From an uncultured Actinomycetes bacterium (GTDB lineage Bacteria; Actinomycetota; Thermoleophilia; Gaiellales; Gaiellaceae): a stretch of 64,000 nucleotides of DNA. The translations under genes were made by a program, and so were the position numbers. This document shows positions 20,899 to 31,476 of this stretch, piece after piece. The stretch is taken from positions 4,881-68,880 of the forward strand of contig CAVVQY010000005.1 in the NCBI GenBank assembly GCA_963750545.1, given 5' to 3'. Position 1 is the stretch's first letter. Every line of letters starts with the position of its first letter. The notes below the pieces were generated by a model, which saw nothing but the letters and a program-made list of their open reading frames with translations, made no database searches and was not told where the DNA came from.

Positions 20899-21835
20899 AT
20901 GCGCCACGGGATGACCGGGTTCACGCTGCCGCAGTTCGGGATCTTCGCGCAGGGAACCCACGCGCATCACTTCCTCGAGTTCGACCTGCGGCCGGGCGTG
21001 ACGCCGACGCAAGCCGTCGCCTCGTTCCGGCGGCTGCGCGCGCCCGAGGTCTCGTCGGGCGGCGTCAACGTCGTGATCGCCTTCGGCGCCGACGCCTGGC
21101 GCGAGGTCGCTCCGTCGATGGCACCGGCGTCGCTCGCGCCCTTCCGCGGCAGTCGCCGGGCCGACGGCCGCGGCGCGCCGGCGACCCAGCACGACGCCTG
21201 GCTCTGGATCAGCGGCAGCGACCCGGACGTGACCTGGGAGCACGCGCGCGCGGCCACGGCCGCGGTCGACGACGTGCGCTGCTCGCCGCCGAGCGGCCGG
21301 CCTTCACCTACCGCGACGGCCGCGACCTGACCGGCTTCGTCGACGGCACCGAGAACCCGCCGATCCGCCGCGCCGCCGACGTCGCGCTCGTCCCGCCCGG
21401 CCGGCCGGGGGCGGGCGGCAGCCATGTGCTCGCGATGCGCTGGGTTCACGACCTCGATTCGTTCCACCGCCTCCCGGTCGCCGATCAGGAGCGCGTGATC
21501 GGGCGGACGAAGGCCGACAGCGTCGAGCTGCTCGGACGCCGAGAAGCCGCCGACCGCGCACATCGCGCGCGTCACGATCGAGGAGGACGGCGAGGAGCTC
21601 GAGCTCTTCCGACGCAGCGTCCCATATGCGACCGTGGAGGAGTACGGGCTCTACTTCGTCGCCTTCAGCGCCGACCCGTCGCGGTACGACCGCATGCTCG
21701 CGCGCATGTTCGGCACCGACGGCGACGGCGTGCACGACCGGCTGCATCGAGTTCTCGCGCCCGGTGAGCGGGGCCTACTACTTCGCGCCGTCGCTCAACG
21801 ACCTGCGCGAGCTGGCCGGCCCCGAGGACGACTGA
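20899..21835 (+). CDS. Dyp-type (dye-decolorizing) haem peroxidase, YfeX-like; frame disrupted as sequenced
   Basis: ORF 20899..21330 gives MTGFTLPQFGIFAQGTHAHHFLEFDLRPG...VNVVIAFGADAWREV...GAPATQHDAWLWISGSDPDV. ORF 20877..21767 gives AFTYRDGRDLTGFVDGTENPP...GGSHVLAMRWVHDLDSFHRLPVADQERVIGRTKADSVEL. The end is VEEYGLYFVAFSADPSRYDRMLARMFG and IEFSRPVSGAYYFAPSLNDL (ORFs 21634.. and 21626..21835). Confidence 0.8.
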
Positions 21836-23963
21836 AGGCGCAGCCCGCCGGTTCCGCCAGATTCGCTCTCGTGCGGCCGCGCCGGCCACCACGCGCGTTC
21901 TCGCCGAGCAGCCACGTCCCCGACGGGCACGAGGATCGTCCTGACGACGAACGTGTCGAGCAGGACGCCGACCCCGACCGCGAAGCCGATCTCGAACAGG
22001 TCGTACACCGGCAGCACGGCGAGAACGCTGAACGTGCCGGCGAGGATCAGCCCGGCGCTCGTGATCACCGGACCCGTGGCCGTGAGCGCGCGCAGCATGC
22101 CCTCGCTCGTGCCGTGCAGCGCGGCCTCCTCGCGCACGCGGCTCATCAGGAAGATGTTGTAGTCCGACCCGAGCGCGACGAGGAAGATGAAGACGATCAG
22201 CGGCAGGACGGGGTCGTAGGCGTGCTGGTCGAAGCCGTACCGGAACACGAGCAGGCACAGACCGCACGTGGCGAGGAACGACAGGATCACCGTCGCGATC
22301 AGGAACAGCGGCATCACGAGCGCGCGCAGCAGGACGATCAGGGTGAGGAGCACGAGCGCGAGGACGAGCGGCGCGACCACCTTCAGGTCGCGACTCGCGG
22401 CGTCCTCCAGATCGACGCGGGCCGCCGTGCCGTCGCCGGTGATCGCGCCGCAGGCCGGGCGGTAGCGCGGCGAGGCGCTCGCGGATCAGCCGGATACGGT
22501 CGAGCGCCGGGCGAGCGCGTACGGATTGTCGGCGAACACGATCGAGAAGGTGGCCGCGCGGCCGTCGGTCGAGCGGCGGCTGACCGTCGTGACGGCTGCG
22601 ACGCCGGGCACGGCGCGGATCTGCTCGCGACACGAGCGCGACGTCGGCGGCCCGTAGCGGGCCGTCGGTCCGCTCGACGACCACCGCCGACGGGCCGAGC
22701 ACGCCGGGCGGGAACGCGGTCAGCAGCGCGGTCGCGCCCGGGTCGAGTCCGTCGGGGAGCGGAAGACGTTGAGGATGTTCGCGTTCACGTGGTAGAGGCT
22801 GAGGCCGAGCGCGCACAGCGACGAGCGCCGCGACGACCCCGCTGAGGTAGCGCGCCGGCGGGCCCGGATGCGGCGCCCGATCCGGCCCCAGAGCGGCCTG
22901 CCGCTCGTCCTCGCGCGCGCCGCGTCTCGCCCAGCCACGCGCTTCGGCGGCCCGAGCACCGAGAGCAATCGCCGGCAGCAGCGTCAGGCTCGCGACGAGG
23001 ACGATCGCGATCCCGATCGCGTTGACCGGCCCGAGCGCGCGGTTGATCCCCGAGACGCCGGCGAGCATCGCGACGAGCGCGGCGATCACGGTCAGGCCGC
23101 TCGCGATCATCGCGGGCGCCGCGAGCGGCAGGGCGGTCGCCACTGCCGATCGCGGTGCCCGATCCGTGCGCGCAACGCGCTCGCGGTACCGCGCCACGAG
23201 CAGAAGGCAGTAGTCGGTGCCCGCGCCGAACATGAGCACCGGCAGGAGCGAGGTCGCGGTGCTGTCGACGGTGAGCCCGGCGCGGGCGAGCAGGTAGATG
23301 ACGCCGGTGGCGACCATGAACGCGACGCGCCACGTTCGTCAGCGGCACGAGCGCGAGCTTGACCGAGCGGTAGACGGCCAGCAGCAGGACGAGCACGAGC
23401 GCGCCGGTCGCGAGCAGGAGCTTGCCGTCGGCGCTCTTCACCGCCGTGTCGAAGTCGCTGCTGAACGCGGGCGTGCCGGTGACGTGGACGTCGAGCGCGC
23501 CGCCGCTCGTCGCGATCTCGCGCAGCGCGTCGATCGACGGCGTGACGCGGTACGGCGTCTTCGCGGTCAGCGGCACGACCGTGAACGCGACGTCGCCGTT
23601 TGCCGACACCTGGCCGGGCGCCGCTCGGAGGCCGAACGGCACCAGCGGCCGCACCGCGAGCGGCACCCGCGCCGGCGCGCTGCGCGTCGGCGACGATGCG
23701 CGCCCGGTCGGCCGGCGTCAGCCCGCCTTCGCGGCGGTAGACGAGCAGCACCGGCCGCAGGTCGCCGCCGGGAAAGCGCTCGTGCAGGATCCGGCTCACC
23801 TGGACGGACTGCGACGACGCCGGGAAGCAGGAACTCCTGGCTCGTCTCGTCGGGGAGCTTCAGCCCGAGCGGCCCGAGGACGACGGCGAGCAACGCCCAG
23901 GCTCGCGATCACGACCCACCGGGAACGGCGCCCGGAGACCAGGGCCGCCAGCCGCCGCAGCAC
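21778..23963 (-). CDS. MMPL-family (RND superfamily) membrane transporter; frame disrupted as sequenced
   Basis: GTG at 23963 (VLRRLAALVSGRRSRWVVIAS...). ORF 22785..23666 gives ...AFSSDFDTAVKSADGKLLLATGALVLVLLLAVYRS. ORF 21665..23317 gives MVATGVIYLLARAGLTVDSTATSLLPVLMFGAGTDYCLLLVARYRE...GPVNAIGIAIVLVASLTLLPA. ORF 21778..22380 gives LFLIATVILSFLATCGLCLLVF...IVFIFLVALGSDYNIFLMSRVREEA...GPVITSAGLILAGTFSVLA...VGVLLDTFVVRTILVP. Confidence 0.8.
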
Positions 23964-23970
23964 GGGAGGC

Positions 23971-24342
23971 CTACTCGGGGTCGAGCTTCGTCGTCAGCGC
24001 GAAGAAGAGCTCGCTCGACATCGCGAACGTCTGCGGCGCCCAGTAGTTCCAGCCCTTGCGCCAGGTGCCGAAGATCCAAGGCGAGAGCCCGATCGTGAGC
24101 GCGAATGCGGCGTCGAGCTGAGGTGCGTCTTCATCGACAGCACGCGGGCGCTGCCGAAGCCGTTGTCGGAGCCGTAGTCGGTGAGCATGCTGTAGAAGGC
24201 GACCGACGGCCCCATCACCTGCGACGGGATCGTCGACGCCGGGGCATCCTTGACGCGGAAGAGATCTCCGCCGGCGATGAAGATGCCCGACGGTGAGGAA
24301 ATCGAGATAGCCGTGAAGCTTGGCCGGGACGAACCGTTCCAC
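23971..24342 (-). CDS. Hypothetical small membrane protein; frame disrupted as sequenced
   Basis: AGGAGG sits 6 nt upstream of the GTG at 24342. Stitched from ORFs 23971..24402 and 23994..24218, it reads VERFVPAKLHGYLDFLTVG.FIAGGDLFRVKDAPASTIPSQVMGPSVAFYSMLTDYGSDNGFGSARVLSMKTHL.LDAAFALTIGLSPWIFGTWRKGWNYWAPQTFAMSSELFFALTTKLDPE*. I cannot name the family with confidence. Confidence 0.5.
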   Translation of the reverse strand: MERFVPAKLHGYLDFLTVGHLHRRRRSLPRQGCPGVDDPVAGDGAVGRLLQHAHRLRLRQRLRQRPRAVDEDAPQLDAAFALTIGLSPWIFGTWRKGWNYWAPQTFAMSSELFFALTTKLDPE

Positions 24343-24344
24343 CC

Positions 24345-26045
24345 TCACCCTCCTTGCGCTCGACGACGAGAGCGCACTGTACGACCGTCGCCGCAGCCGC
24401 ACAAGCGGCTTCGGTCAGGGATCGCGGCGTCAAGGTCGGGATCGACCCCGTCCGCGCGCGGAGGCGGCCGGTCGAGGCGAGCACGTCCTGGAGCTGGTTC
24501 GCCTGGTCCTCGCGCAGGGAGAGCGTGCGCACGCGGGTGAGCGCACGCGCCTCGTCCGCCCCTCGCAGCTCGAGCACCTTGCGGCCGAAGTGGCCGCCGG
24601 ATGCAGCACGGCCGACGACCTCGCCTTCCGCGGACGAGCTCGACGTCACCCTCCAGGATCACGTGCACCTCCCGGACCGGCCGGTCGGCACGGGCGAGCA
24701 CCTCACCGCGCCGAACACCTGATGGCGGACGTCGTACTCGCTGCGCGCCTCGTGGTCGAGCTCGACGACGTCGCGACCGACCACGGGCCAGATCAGCCAG
24801 TCGGCGAGCAGCCGCAGCCGCCGGTCCCAGGTCGGGAGGAAGTAGACGAGGATCGCGCGCCAGAGAACCCAGCCGAGCTTGCCGCGCAGCGGGACGCCGA
24901 GCACCTCGCCGACCGCCGTGCGGCGGCCGATCGAGACGCCGAGGCGAACGCCGAGTAGGTGAACGGCTCGAGCGGCTGTCCCGTACAGCCGCGCGCTGGA
25001 TGTTGTCGCCGATCCGCGTGCCGTGCTTGAGCGCGTAGAGGCCGACCGGCGGGCAGGTGCCGCCGTGCGGATGCGGCACCGCCGCGCAGTCGCCGCCGGC
25101 CCACACGTTCTCGAGGCCCTCGACGCGCAGGTAGCGGTCGGTCACGATGCGTCCGCGTTCGTCGGTCGGCAGGTCGAGCCCGTCGGAGGATCGGCTGCGG
25201 GCGCGTGCCGACGGCGGAGACGATCGTCCGTGTCGGGACGTGCATCCCGTTCGAGAGGAAGACCTCGTTCGGGGTCGCGCCGGCGACCCTCGTCTCGGTC
25301 AGCAGCTCGACGCCGAGCCCGCGCGCATGGGCCGTCGCGTACGCAACGAGGCGCGGGTGCGCGCGGGCGCCGCGCTCGAAGCTCGACGTGCCGTGGAGCT
25401 CGGGCATGATCGTCGCGCCGGGGTGGACGAGCACGACGCGCCACTCGTCGCGGCGGATGCGCGAGAACTCGCGCCCAGTGAGCAGGCGCGCGAAGTCGGC
25501 GAGCTCGCCCGCGAGCTCGGTGCCGGCGTAGCCGCCGCCCGCAACGACGAACGTGAGCAGCCGCCGCCGCTCGTCAGGGTCGCTCTCGATCTCGGCCAGC
25601 TCGAACATCTCGAGCAGGTGGTTCCGCAGTCGCAGGCAGTCGGCGAAGGCCTTCAGCTTGAACGCGTGCTCGGCGAGGCCCGGGTAGACCTCGAGGTTCT
25701 CGGTCGTGCCGACGCCGATCACGAGGTGGTCGTAGACGAGCTCGGTGCGCGCGCCGTCGAGGTGGCGGCTCGTGATCACGCGCCGCGCGTCGAGGTCGAT
25801 CGCCTCGATCTCCGCCACGTGCACCGCAGCGGGCGGGAAGATCCGCCGCGCCGGGCTGAGCATGTTCCCGACGCCGATGCGTCCGGTGACCATCTCGCCG
25901 ACGAACCCGTGGAAGGTGTGGAAGTTCTCGCGGCTGACGACGGTCGCGCTGAGCTCGCCGCGCTTGACGGCGTCGCGCAGGGCCGCGCGATGGTGACCGC
26001 GACGTAGCCGCCGCCGAGCTGGAGGACGTGCGGTGGAGTCGTCAC
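24345..26045 (-). CDS. Type II NADH dehydrogenase-like FAD/NAD(P) oxidoreductase fused to a C-terminal cyclic-nucleotide-binding domain; frame disrupted as sequenced
   Basis: GTG at 26045: TTPPHVLQLGGGYVAVTIAR (first Rossmann GxGxxG). ORF 24793..25893 gives HTFHGFVGEMVTGRIGVGNMLSPARRIF...LLTFVVAGGGYAGTELAGELADF...IVSAVGTRP. ORF 24345..25145 gives VWAGGDCAAVPHPHGGTCPPVGLYALKHG. ORF 24659..24904 gives LGVPLRGKLGWVLWRAILVYFLPTWDRRLRLLADWLIWPVVGRDVVEL. The CNB part reads HQVFGAGEVLARADRPVREVHVILEGDVELV..GEVVGRAASGGHFGRKVLELRGADEARALTRVRTLSLREDQANQL. Confidence 0.75.
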
Positions 26046-26064
26046 GAGCCGATCGTAGAGACGG

Positions 26065-26739
26065 TCACGCGTCCGCGCGACGAATCGCCGCCCAGCGCGC
26101 GGTGAGCACGGCTGCGTCGAGTCGCTCGGCGGCATCCAGGGCCTTCGCCGCCTGCTTCGACGTGTTGCGGCTGAAGGCTCCGCTCAGCACCCACTTGCGG
26201 CTGAGCCGGACGAGGCGCAGCCGGTCGTCGGCCAGGTCGGGAGCCCGTTTCGGCTCGAGGTACAGATCGATCGCCAGCTTCTTGACGAGCGCCGGCTCGG
26301 CGGGCGCGCCCGTCGCCTGCTCGAGCCGGTGAGCGACGAGCGAGGCAAGCATCTGTAGCTCGCGCACGCCCGTGCGCACGGCAACGCCGACCGAGAGGAC
26401 GCTCGAGGCGACCATCACCCACGGCACACGCGTGAAGCGGGCGCCGCGAGCAAGGACGCGGACTGCGGGCACGGCGACCACGACGGCGCGCTGGATCCTG
26501 TCCGTGCGTGCCTCGAGGTCGGCCTCACCCGCGAGCAGCCGCTTGCCCTCGGCGGCCGACGTGACTCGCTCGCCGGTGAGCAAGACGCGGTCGATCGCTG
26601 GTCCGCGAGCGCGCCGACGGCGTCGACGAGCGCGTCGCCAGCCTTCCGGGCGCCGGCGCCGCCGCCCTTCCCCGCCGACGTAGCGCGGTCGCGCACGGAG
26701 CGCGGCGGCGTCTCTCGGCGCGTGGTCCTCGCTCGTCAT
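26065..26739 (-). CDS. Hypothetical protein (possibly membrane-associated); N-terminal region may be frame-shifted
   Basis: ORF 26065..26739 (224 aa) has a hydrophobic segment VPWVMVASSVLSVGVAV and a helical C-terminal half. The alternative-frame fragment KGGGAGARKAGDALVDAVGALADQ (ORF 26415..26696) suggests a shift near 26600. I recognise no family. Confidence 0.45.
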   Translation of the reverse strand: MTSEDHAPRDAAALRARPRYVGGEGRRRRRPEGWRRARRRRRRARGPAIDRVLLTGERVTSAAEGKRLLAGEADLEARTDRIQRAVVVAVPAVRVLARGARFTRVPWVMVASSVLSVGVAVRTGVRELQMLASLVAHRLEQATGAPAEPALVKKLAIDLYLEPKRAPDLADDRLRLVRLSRKWVLSGAFSRNTSKQAAKALDAAERLDAAVLTARWAAIRRADA

Positions 26740-26822
26740 GTGGTTCTCAGACTAGGTGCCCTCGCGGCGCGAGGCGGCTGAGGACGTTTGCCGATCGCGC
26801 GCCGTTCACGAACAATCCCGAG

Positions 26823-27632
26823 ATGGCCCTGCGAATCTGGATCACGGACGGCTCTGTGCCGGTGTTCTCCGACACGGTCCGGCTGACCGCATCGCATCGC
26901 GGGTCGTTCGGCCTGCCGACCCGCTACGAGGGCTTTGTCGACCCGGCCGTCGAGCTCGGCGAGGCCACGATCTCGCCCGAAAGCGACGACGACGTGCTCG
27001 TGGTCGAGGCCGAGTGGACGATCTCCTTCCCCGACGGCGTGCCGGCCGAGGTCGACCCGAGCACGCCGGTGGTCCTCCAGGGCCTCGCCGAGGGCAAGTG
27101 GCTGAACCGCCTGATCGGCACGCGCGCCTGGCAGCCGGCGAGCCTGGGCAACAACCTCCTCGCCGCCGGCTCGGGCATCCGCACGTCGTTGGGCGCGCTG
27201 GAAATGGGCCGGCCCGGGACGGTGCAGCTCTCGTACGAGCGCGCCGACGGCGGGCGGCAAACACACTCCTCCCCGCTCGAGGCCGTGAGCGGCTCGAACG
27301 TGCTCGACCTCGTGCGCGAGGTACTCCGCGTCGCGGCCGAGAGCGGAGGCGTCGACGCGATCGACCTGGGCGCGCTCGGCGAGCAGGCGGCGATCGTCAA
27401 CGAGCCGGCGCGGATCAAGGCGAGTGCGAAGCCGTTCCCGGCGCCGCACCGCGTGAAGGAGCGCCTCGCCCGACAGGCGATCGCCGACGCGGTCGCCGTC
27501 CCGCCGGGCGGCACGGTCGAGCTGGTCGTGCTCGACGGCTCAGGCGCCGTCGTCGGCGAGGGCGAGTTGCACCTCGGCGCGCCTCCTGCGTCGTCGGACT
27601 CGTCCGGCGCGCAGGCCTCGAAGGTCGGCTGA
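26823..27632 (+). CDS. Hypothetical protein (269 aa), intact, 30 nt upstream of the AAA-TPR-cyclase gene
   Basis: Intact ORF 26823..27632 (MALRIWITDGSVPVFSDTVRLTASHRGSFGLPTRYEGFVDP...). Codon usage looks typical for the window. I can recognise no motif. Confidence 0.6.
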   Translation: MALRIWITDGSVPVFSDTVRLTASHRGSFGLPTRYEGFVDPAVELGEATISPESDDDVLVVEAEWTISFPDGVPAEVDPSTPVVLQGLAEGKWLNRLIGTRAWQPASLGNNLLAAGSGIRTSLGALEMGRPGTVQLSYERADGGRQTHSSPLEAVSGSNVLDLVREVLRVAAESGGVDAIDLGALGEQAAIVNEPARIKASAKPFPAPHRVKERLARQAIADAVAVPPGGTVELVVLDGSGAVVGEGELHLGAPPASSDSSGAQASKVG

Positions 27633-27662
27633 CGCGTCGCCGGCCGCCGCCACCGCGCGTCG

Positions 27663-30600
27663 GTGGCGCGCGAGGGAGCGAGCGACGACAATCGCGAGAT
27701 GCTGAAGCAGGCGCTCTGCGACGCCCTCGTCGCACGTGACGTCGAGCTCTCGGCGCTCGAGGACGCGCTGCTCTCAGTCGAGCGCGACCGGAGTGGCGGG
27801 CTCGTGCTCATCGAGGGCGAGGCGGGGATGGGCAAGACGCGACTCGCGCACGAGTTCGCCGACCGAGCACGCGGGCTGGGGTGGGACGTCCTCTGGGGGA
27901 GCTGCTCGGAAACGGAGATGGCGCCGGCGTACCTGCCGTTCGTCGAGGCGGTCGGCAACCACTTCGCCGGGCGTGCGCCCGAACAGATCCATGCCGAGCT
28001 CGGCGGAGCGGCGCGAGAGCTCAGCCTGCTCTTCCCCCAGCTCGCGCTGCCCGATTCCGCGCCGCCAGCTGGTGATCCCGCACAGGCGAAGCTTCGACTG
28101 TTCGAGTCCTTCGTCGCCGTGCTCCAGGCCGCCGCGCGCGACGGCGGCGTGCTGCTCGTCGTCGACGATATTCACTGGGCCGACGCATCGACCCGGCGAG
28201 CTGATCGACCATCTCGCTCGGCGGCTGAAGGGCGTGCCGGCGCTCGTCCTCTGCACGTACCGCAGCGACGAACTGCAGCGTCGCCATCCACTGCTGCCGA
28301 CGCTGCAGGCCTGGCGGCGATCGAGTCTGGCGGAGACGGTGACGCTGACCCCGCTGCCGCCTCTCGGCGTCGCAGAGATGATCGCGTCGATCTTCGACGC
28401 CGACGAGGTCGCCGACGACTTCCGCGACCTGATCGCCGGTCGCGCCGAGGGCAACCCGTTCGTGGTCGAGGAAATGCTGCGCGAGGCGGTCGAGCGCGGT
28501 GACGTCTACCTCGCGGGCGGACGGTGGGAGCGGCGCGCAATCGAGGAGCTCGGGATTCCCGCGAACGTGCGCGAGACGATCCTGGTGCGCATCGGCCGAC
28601 TCGACGACCGGCACGTCGACGTCCTGCGCGCCGCCGCCGTCCTCGGCCGCTCGTTCTCCTACTCGGCGTTGCTCGCACTCGCCGAGGTGGACGAGGAAGT
28701 CGTTCAGGGGGCGCTCGAGGACGCGGTCGGCGCTCAGCTGATCGTCGAGGTGGGCGGAGCGGCGCCCGGCTTCGCAGTGGCGGCACGCGCTCACCCAGGA
28801 GGCCGTCTACACCGACACCGTGGGCCCTCGCCGGCAGCGCCTGCACGAGCGTGCCGCGGCGGCGCTCTCAGCCGCCGGCGCACCGCCCGTCGAGATCGCC
28901 CGGCACCTCCTCGAGGCCGGCGCACCCGAACGCGCTGTCCCGGCGTGCCTCGCCGCGGCCGACGACGCCGAACGCGCGCTCGCTCTGGACGAGGCGGCCG
29001 AGCTGCTCGAGCGCGTGCTCCCCTACCTCGGCGAGCTGGAGCAGGCGCGCGACCGTTTGCCGGGTCGCACGGCTCCGGTGGCTGAATGGCCACCCGGAGG
29101 CGGCGGTGCAACTCCTCCCGGACGGGATCGACCAGCTCGCGCGCGGCGCGCCGACCGAGGTGCCGGCGTACCGGATCGTGCTTGGACGGGCGTACTGGGA
29201 AACCGACTCTCCCGATCGGGCGCTTCGGGAGTACGAGCTGGCGCGCGAGGCGCTGGAGCCGCTCGGGCCTTCCGCCGACCTCGCGATGTCGCTCCTGCGG
29301 ATCTCCGGGATGCGCACCTTCGCGTTCGACTTTTCGGACGCGCGCGACGCGGCCGAGCGAGCAATCGCCGTGGCGGATGCGTCGGGCGCTGAGCTCGAGC
29401 GCACGTGGGCGGGGCTCTTCCTCGCGATCGCCCTCGTCGGGCTCGGCGAGCAGGAGCAAGGGTTCGAGCTGATGGCGGAGTGTTTCGACGACGCCGTAGC
29501 CGGTGGCTGGTCGCACATCGCGGTGAACGCCGTGCACAACGACGTCTGGACGCGCGTCCACCTGCCGGCCGGAGGGCTCGACCTCGCGCTCGACCGGCTC
29601 GAGCGCTGCCCCTTCCACCCGATGCAGGTCGGGTTGTTCGAGCTCTGCCGCTCCTGGGCCGCGCTTTCGGCTGGGAAGCCGAGGCTCGCGCTCGAGCAGG
29701 CCGAGGCGGCGCTCGCGATCTTCGCCGGCCGCGCGCAGAAGTTCGAGTGGCGGGCGCGGGTCGCGGTCGCGGACGCACTGCTCGACCTCGACCGCGTCGA
29801 CGAAGCAGCCGCGGTCCTGCCCCCGACCTCCAGTCGCGCCGAGCTCCAGGACGTGGTCTACGACAGCTCGGCCCGCGTCGGGATCGCCCTCGCGCTCGGG
29901 CGGCTCGACGAGGCGGACGAGCTCGGGGAGGAGATCGCGGCCTCCGATCGGCTCCGCTATCCCGCGACGGTCGCGATCGCCGTGGAGGCCCTGGTCGCAA
30001 ACGGCAGGCTCGACCGGGCCGAGTCGATCGTGGCCGGCGCGCCGGGGCGAACGGAGAACGTCGCGATCCTCGAGGCCTCTGCACGTATCGCCCTCGCCCG
30101 AGGAAGACCGCAGCGGGCCGCGGCGATGCTCGAGGCGGCGGTGGAGCAGGCTGCGTCGACGGAGCTCGAGCGCTGGAAGCGCCGGGCGCAGCTTCTGCAG
30201 GGGGAGGCACTTGCGACCGCTGGCGACCGTCAGCGCGCGAGTGCCGTGCTCCAGGAGCTTTGCGACGAGGCGCTCGGGGCGGGGGCGCTCAGAGTCGCCC
30301 GGGCCGCGGAGGCGCTCGGCGGGCAGGTCGGGCTCCGCGTGTCGTTGCCGCCCGAACGGAACGAGGCCGCCGTCGCGCCGGAGCTCCTGCCGCTCGGCGA
30401 GCGTCTCGTGACGAGCCTGTTCGCCGACGTCCGCGACTACACGGGCATGGCGCAGGCCGCGTCGCCCGCGGCGACGGCGGAGTCCCTCGCGACGCTCCAC
30501 CGTCTCGCGGTCACCGAGGTCGGCCGCCGCCACGGCATCGTCGACAAGTTCGCGGGCGACGCAGTGATGGCGACGTTCAACGCCACCGGAGCCCGGCTCG

Positions 30601-30932
30601 ACCACACCGAGCTCGCGGCCGAGGCCGCGCTCGCGCTTCGCGACAAGGCAGCCCTGCTCGAGATCCCGATCGGCATCGGCATCGCGGTGGGCCCGGCCGT
30701 CGTCGGCCGCTCGGTCGCGGGTGCGAACGTGAGCGTTCTCGGCTCGACGACCAACCTCGCGGCTCGCCTCCAGTCGGCGGCGGAAACAGGCGAGATCGTG
30801 CTCGCCGAAGAGGCCCACCGAAGGCTCGCCGCCTGGCTGGCCGACCGCGGACTCACCGCGCACCCCGATCTGCTCGAGCTGAGGGGATTCTCCGAGGCGC
30901 AACCCGCGTACCGCCTCGCCGCAGGCCGATGA
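27663..30932 (+). CDS. Large multidomain signalling protein: N-terminal AAA/STAND-type ATPase, central TPR-like helical repeats, C-terminal class III adenylate/guanylate cyclase domain; two to three frame shifts as sequenced
   Basis: ORFs 27663..28502 and 27736..29085 give Walker A LVLIEGEAGMGKTRLAHEF and Walker B VLLVVDDIHWADAS, then LVLCTYRSDELQRRHPL and AEGNPFVVEEMLRE. ORF 28524..30932 gives a long helical repeat region. It then gives LVTSLFADVRDYTGMAQ...IVDKFAGDAVMATFN...IGIGIAVGPAVVG...VSVLGSTTNLAARLQSAAETGEIVLAEE, which carries the metal Asp, GD, Asn and Arg cyclase motifs. Confidence 0.8.
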
Positions 30933-30998
30933 GCGTCGAAGGCCCCGGGCTCACGCACGGCGCATCGAGGCGCCGGGTCTCGTTCGTCTCGGCGGACC

Positions 30999-31476
30999 CT
31001 AGACCTCCACCGAGCGAGCCGCTTGCGCAGCCGTGAGCTGAGCGTCGAGCCAGCGGATGCGCGAGTGCAGGATCGGCAGGAGCGCCAGCGCGATCTCGGG
31101 GTCGTCGCGCAGTTCGCGCTGGAAGTCCCACTTCGCGAGCAGCGCGCACTCGGTGGGCTCGTCGGCGATCACCGTGACCTCGCGCGGCTGGTCGTCGATC
31201 AGGCCCATCTCGCCGAAGAAGCCTCCCGGGCCGGACTCGGTCACGTCCACGTGCACACCGCCCTCGCCCTCGCGGGCGATCCGGACGCGCCCGGAGAGGA
31301 CGACGTAGAACGACATGCTCGTGTCGCCCTGCTTCACGACGGTCGCGCCCGCGCGGTAGGAGCGCTTCGCGGTGTGGCGGGCGAGGTCGGCGCGGTGCCT
31401 CTCGCTCAGCCGCCGGAACAGCGGCACGGCGCGCCAGCGCCTCGGCGACCGCGTCGTGATGCTCAGTGGCCGTCAT
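30999..31476 (-). CDS. Stand-alone cyclic-nucleotide-binding (CAP/Crp effector-type) domain protein; one frame shift near the 5' end
   Basis: ORF 30999..31427 gives PLFRRLSERHRADLARHTAKRSYRAGATVVKQGDTSMSFYVVLSGRVRIARE....GPGGFFGEMGLIDDQPREVTVIADEPTECALLAKWDFQREL. The likely ATG at 31476 (MTATEHHDAVAEALARRA) overlaps the GH3 stop by 14 nt. Confidence 0.75.

Noticed and set aside
21778-21835. An apparent 58-nt overlap between the 3' ends of the convergent Dyp peroxidase and MMPL genes.
   Set aside because: The MMPL C-terminus lies in a frame-shifted stretch (compare ...WLLGENA / AWWPARP in different frames). Its true stop is therefore uncertain, and the overlap is probably an artefact of the frame problem rather than a biological feature.
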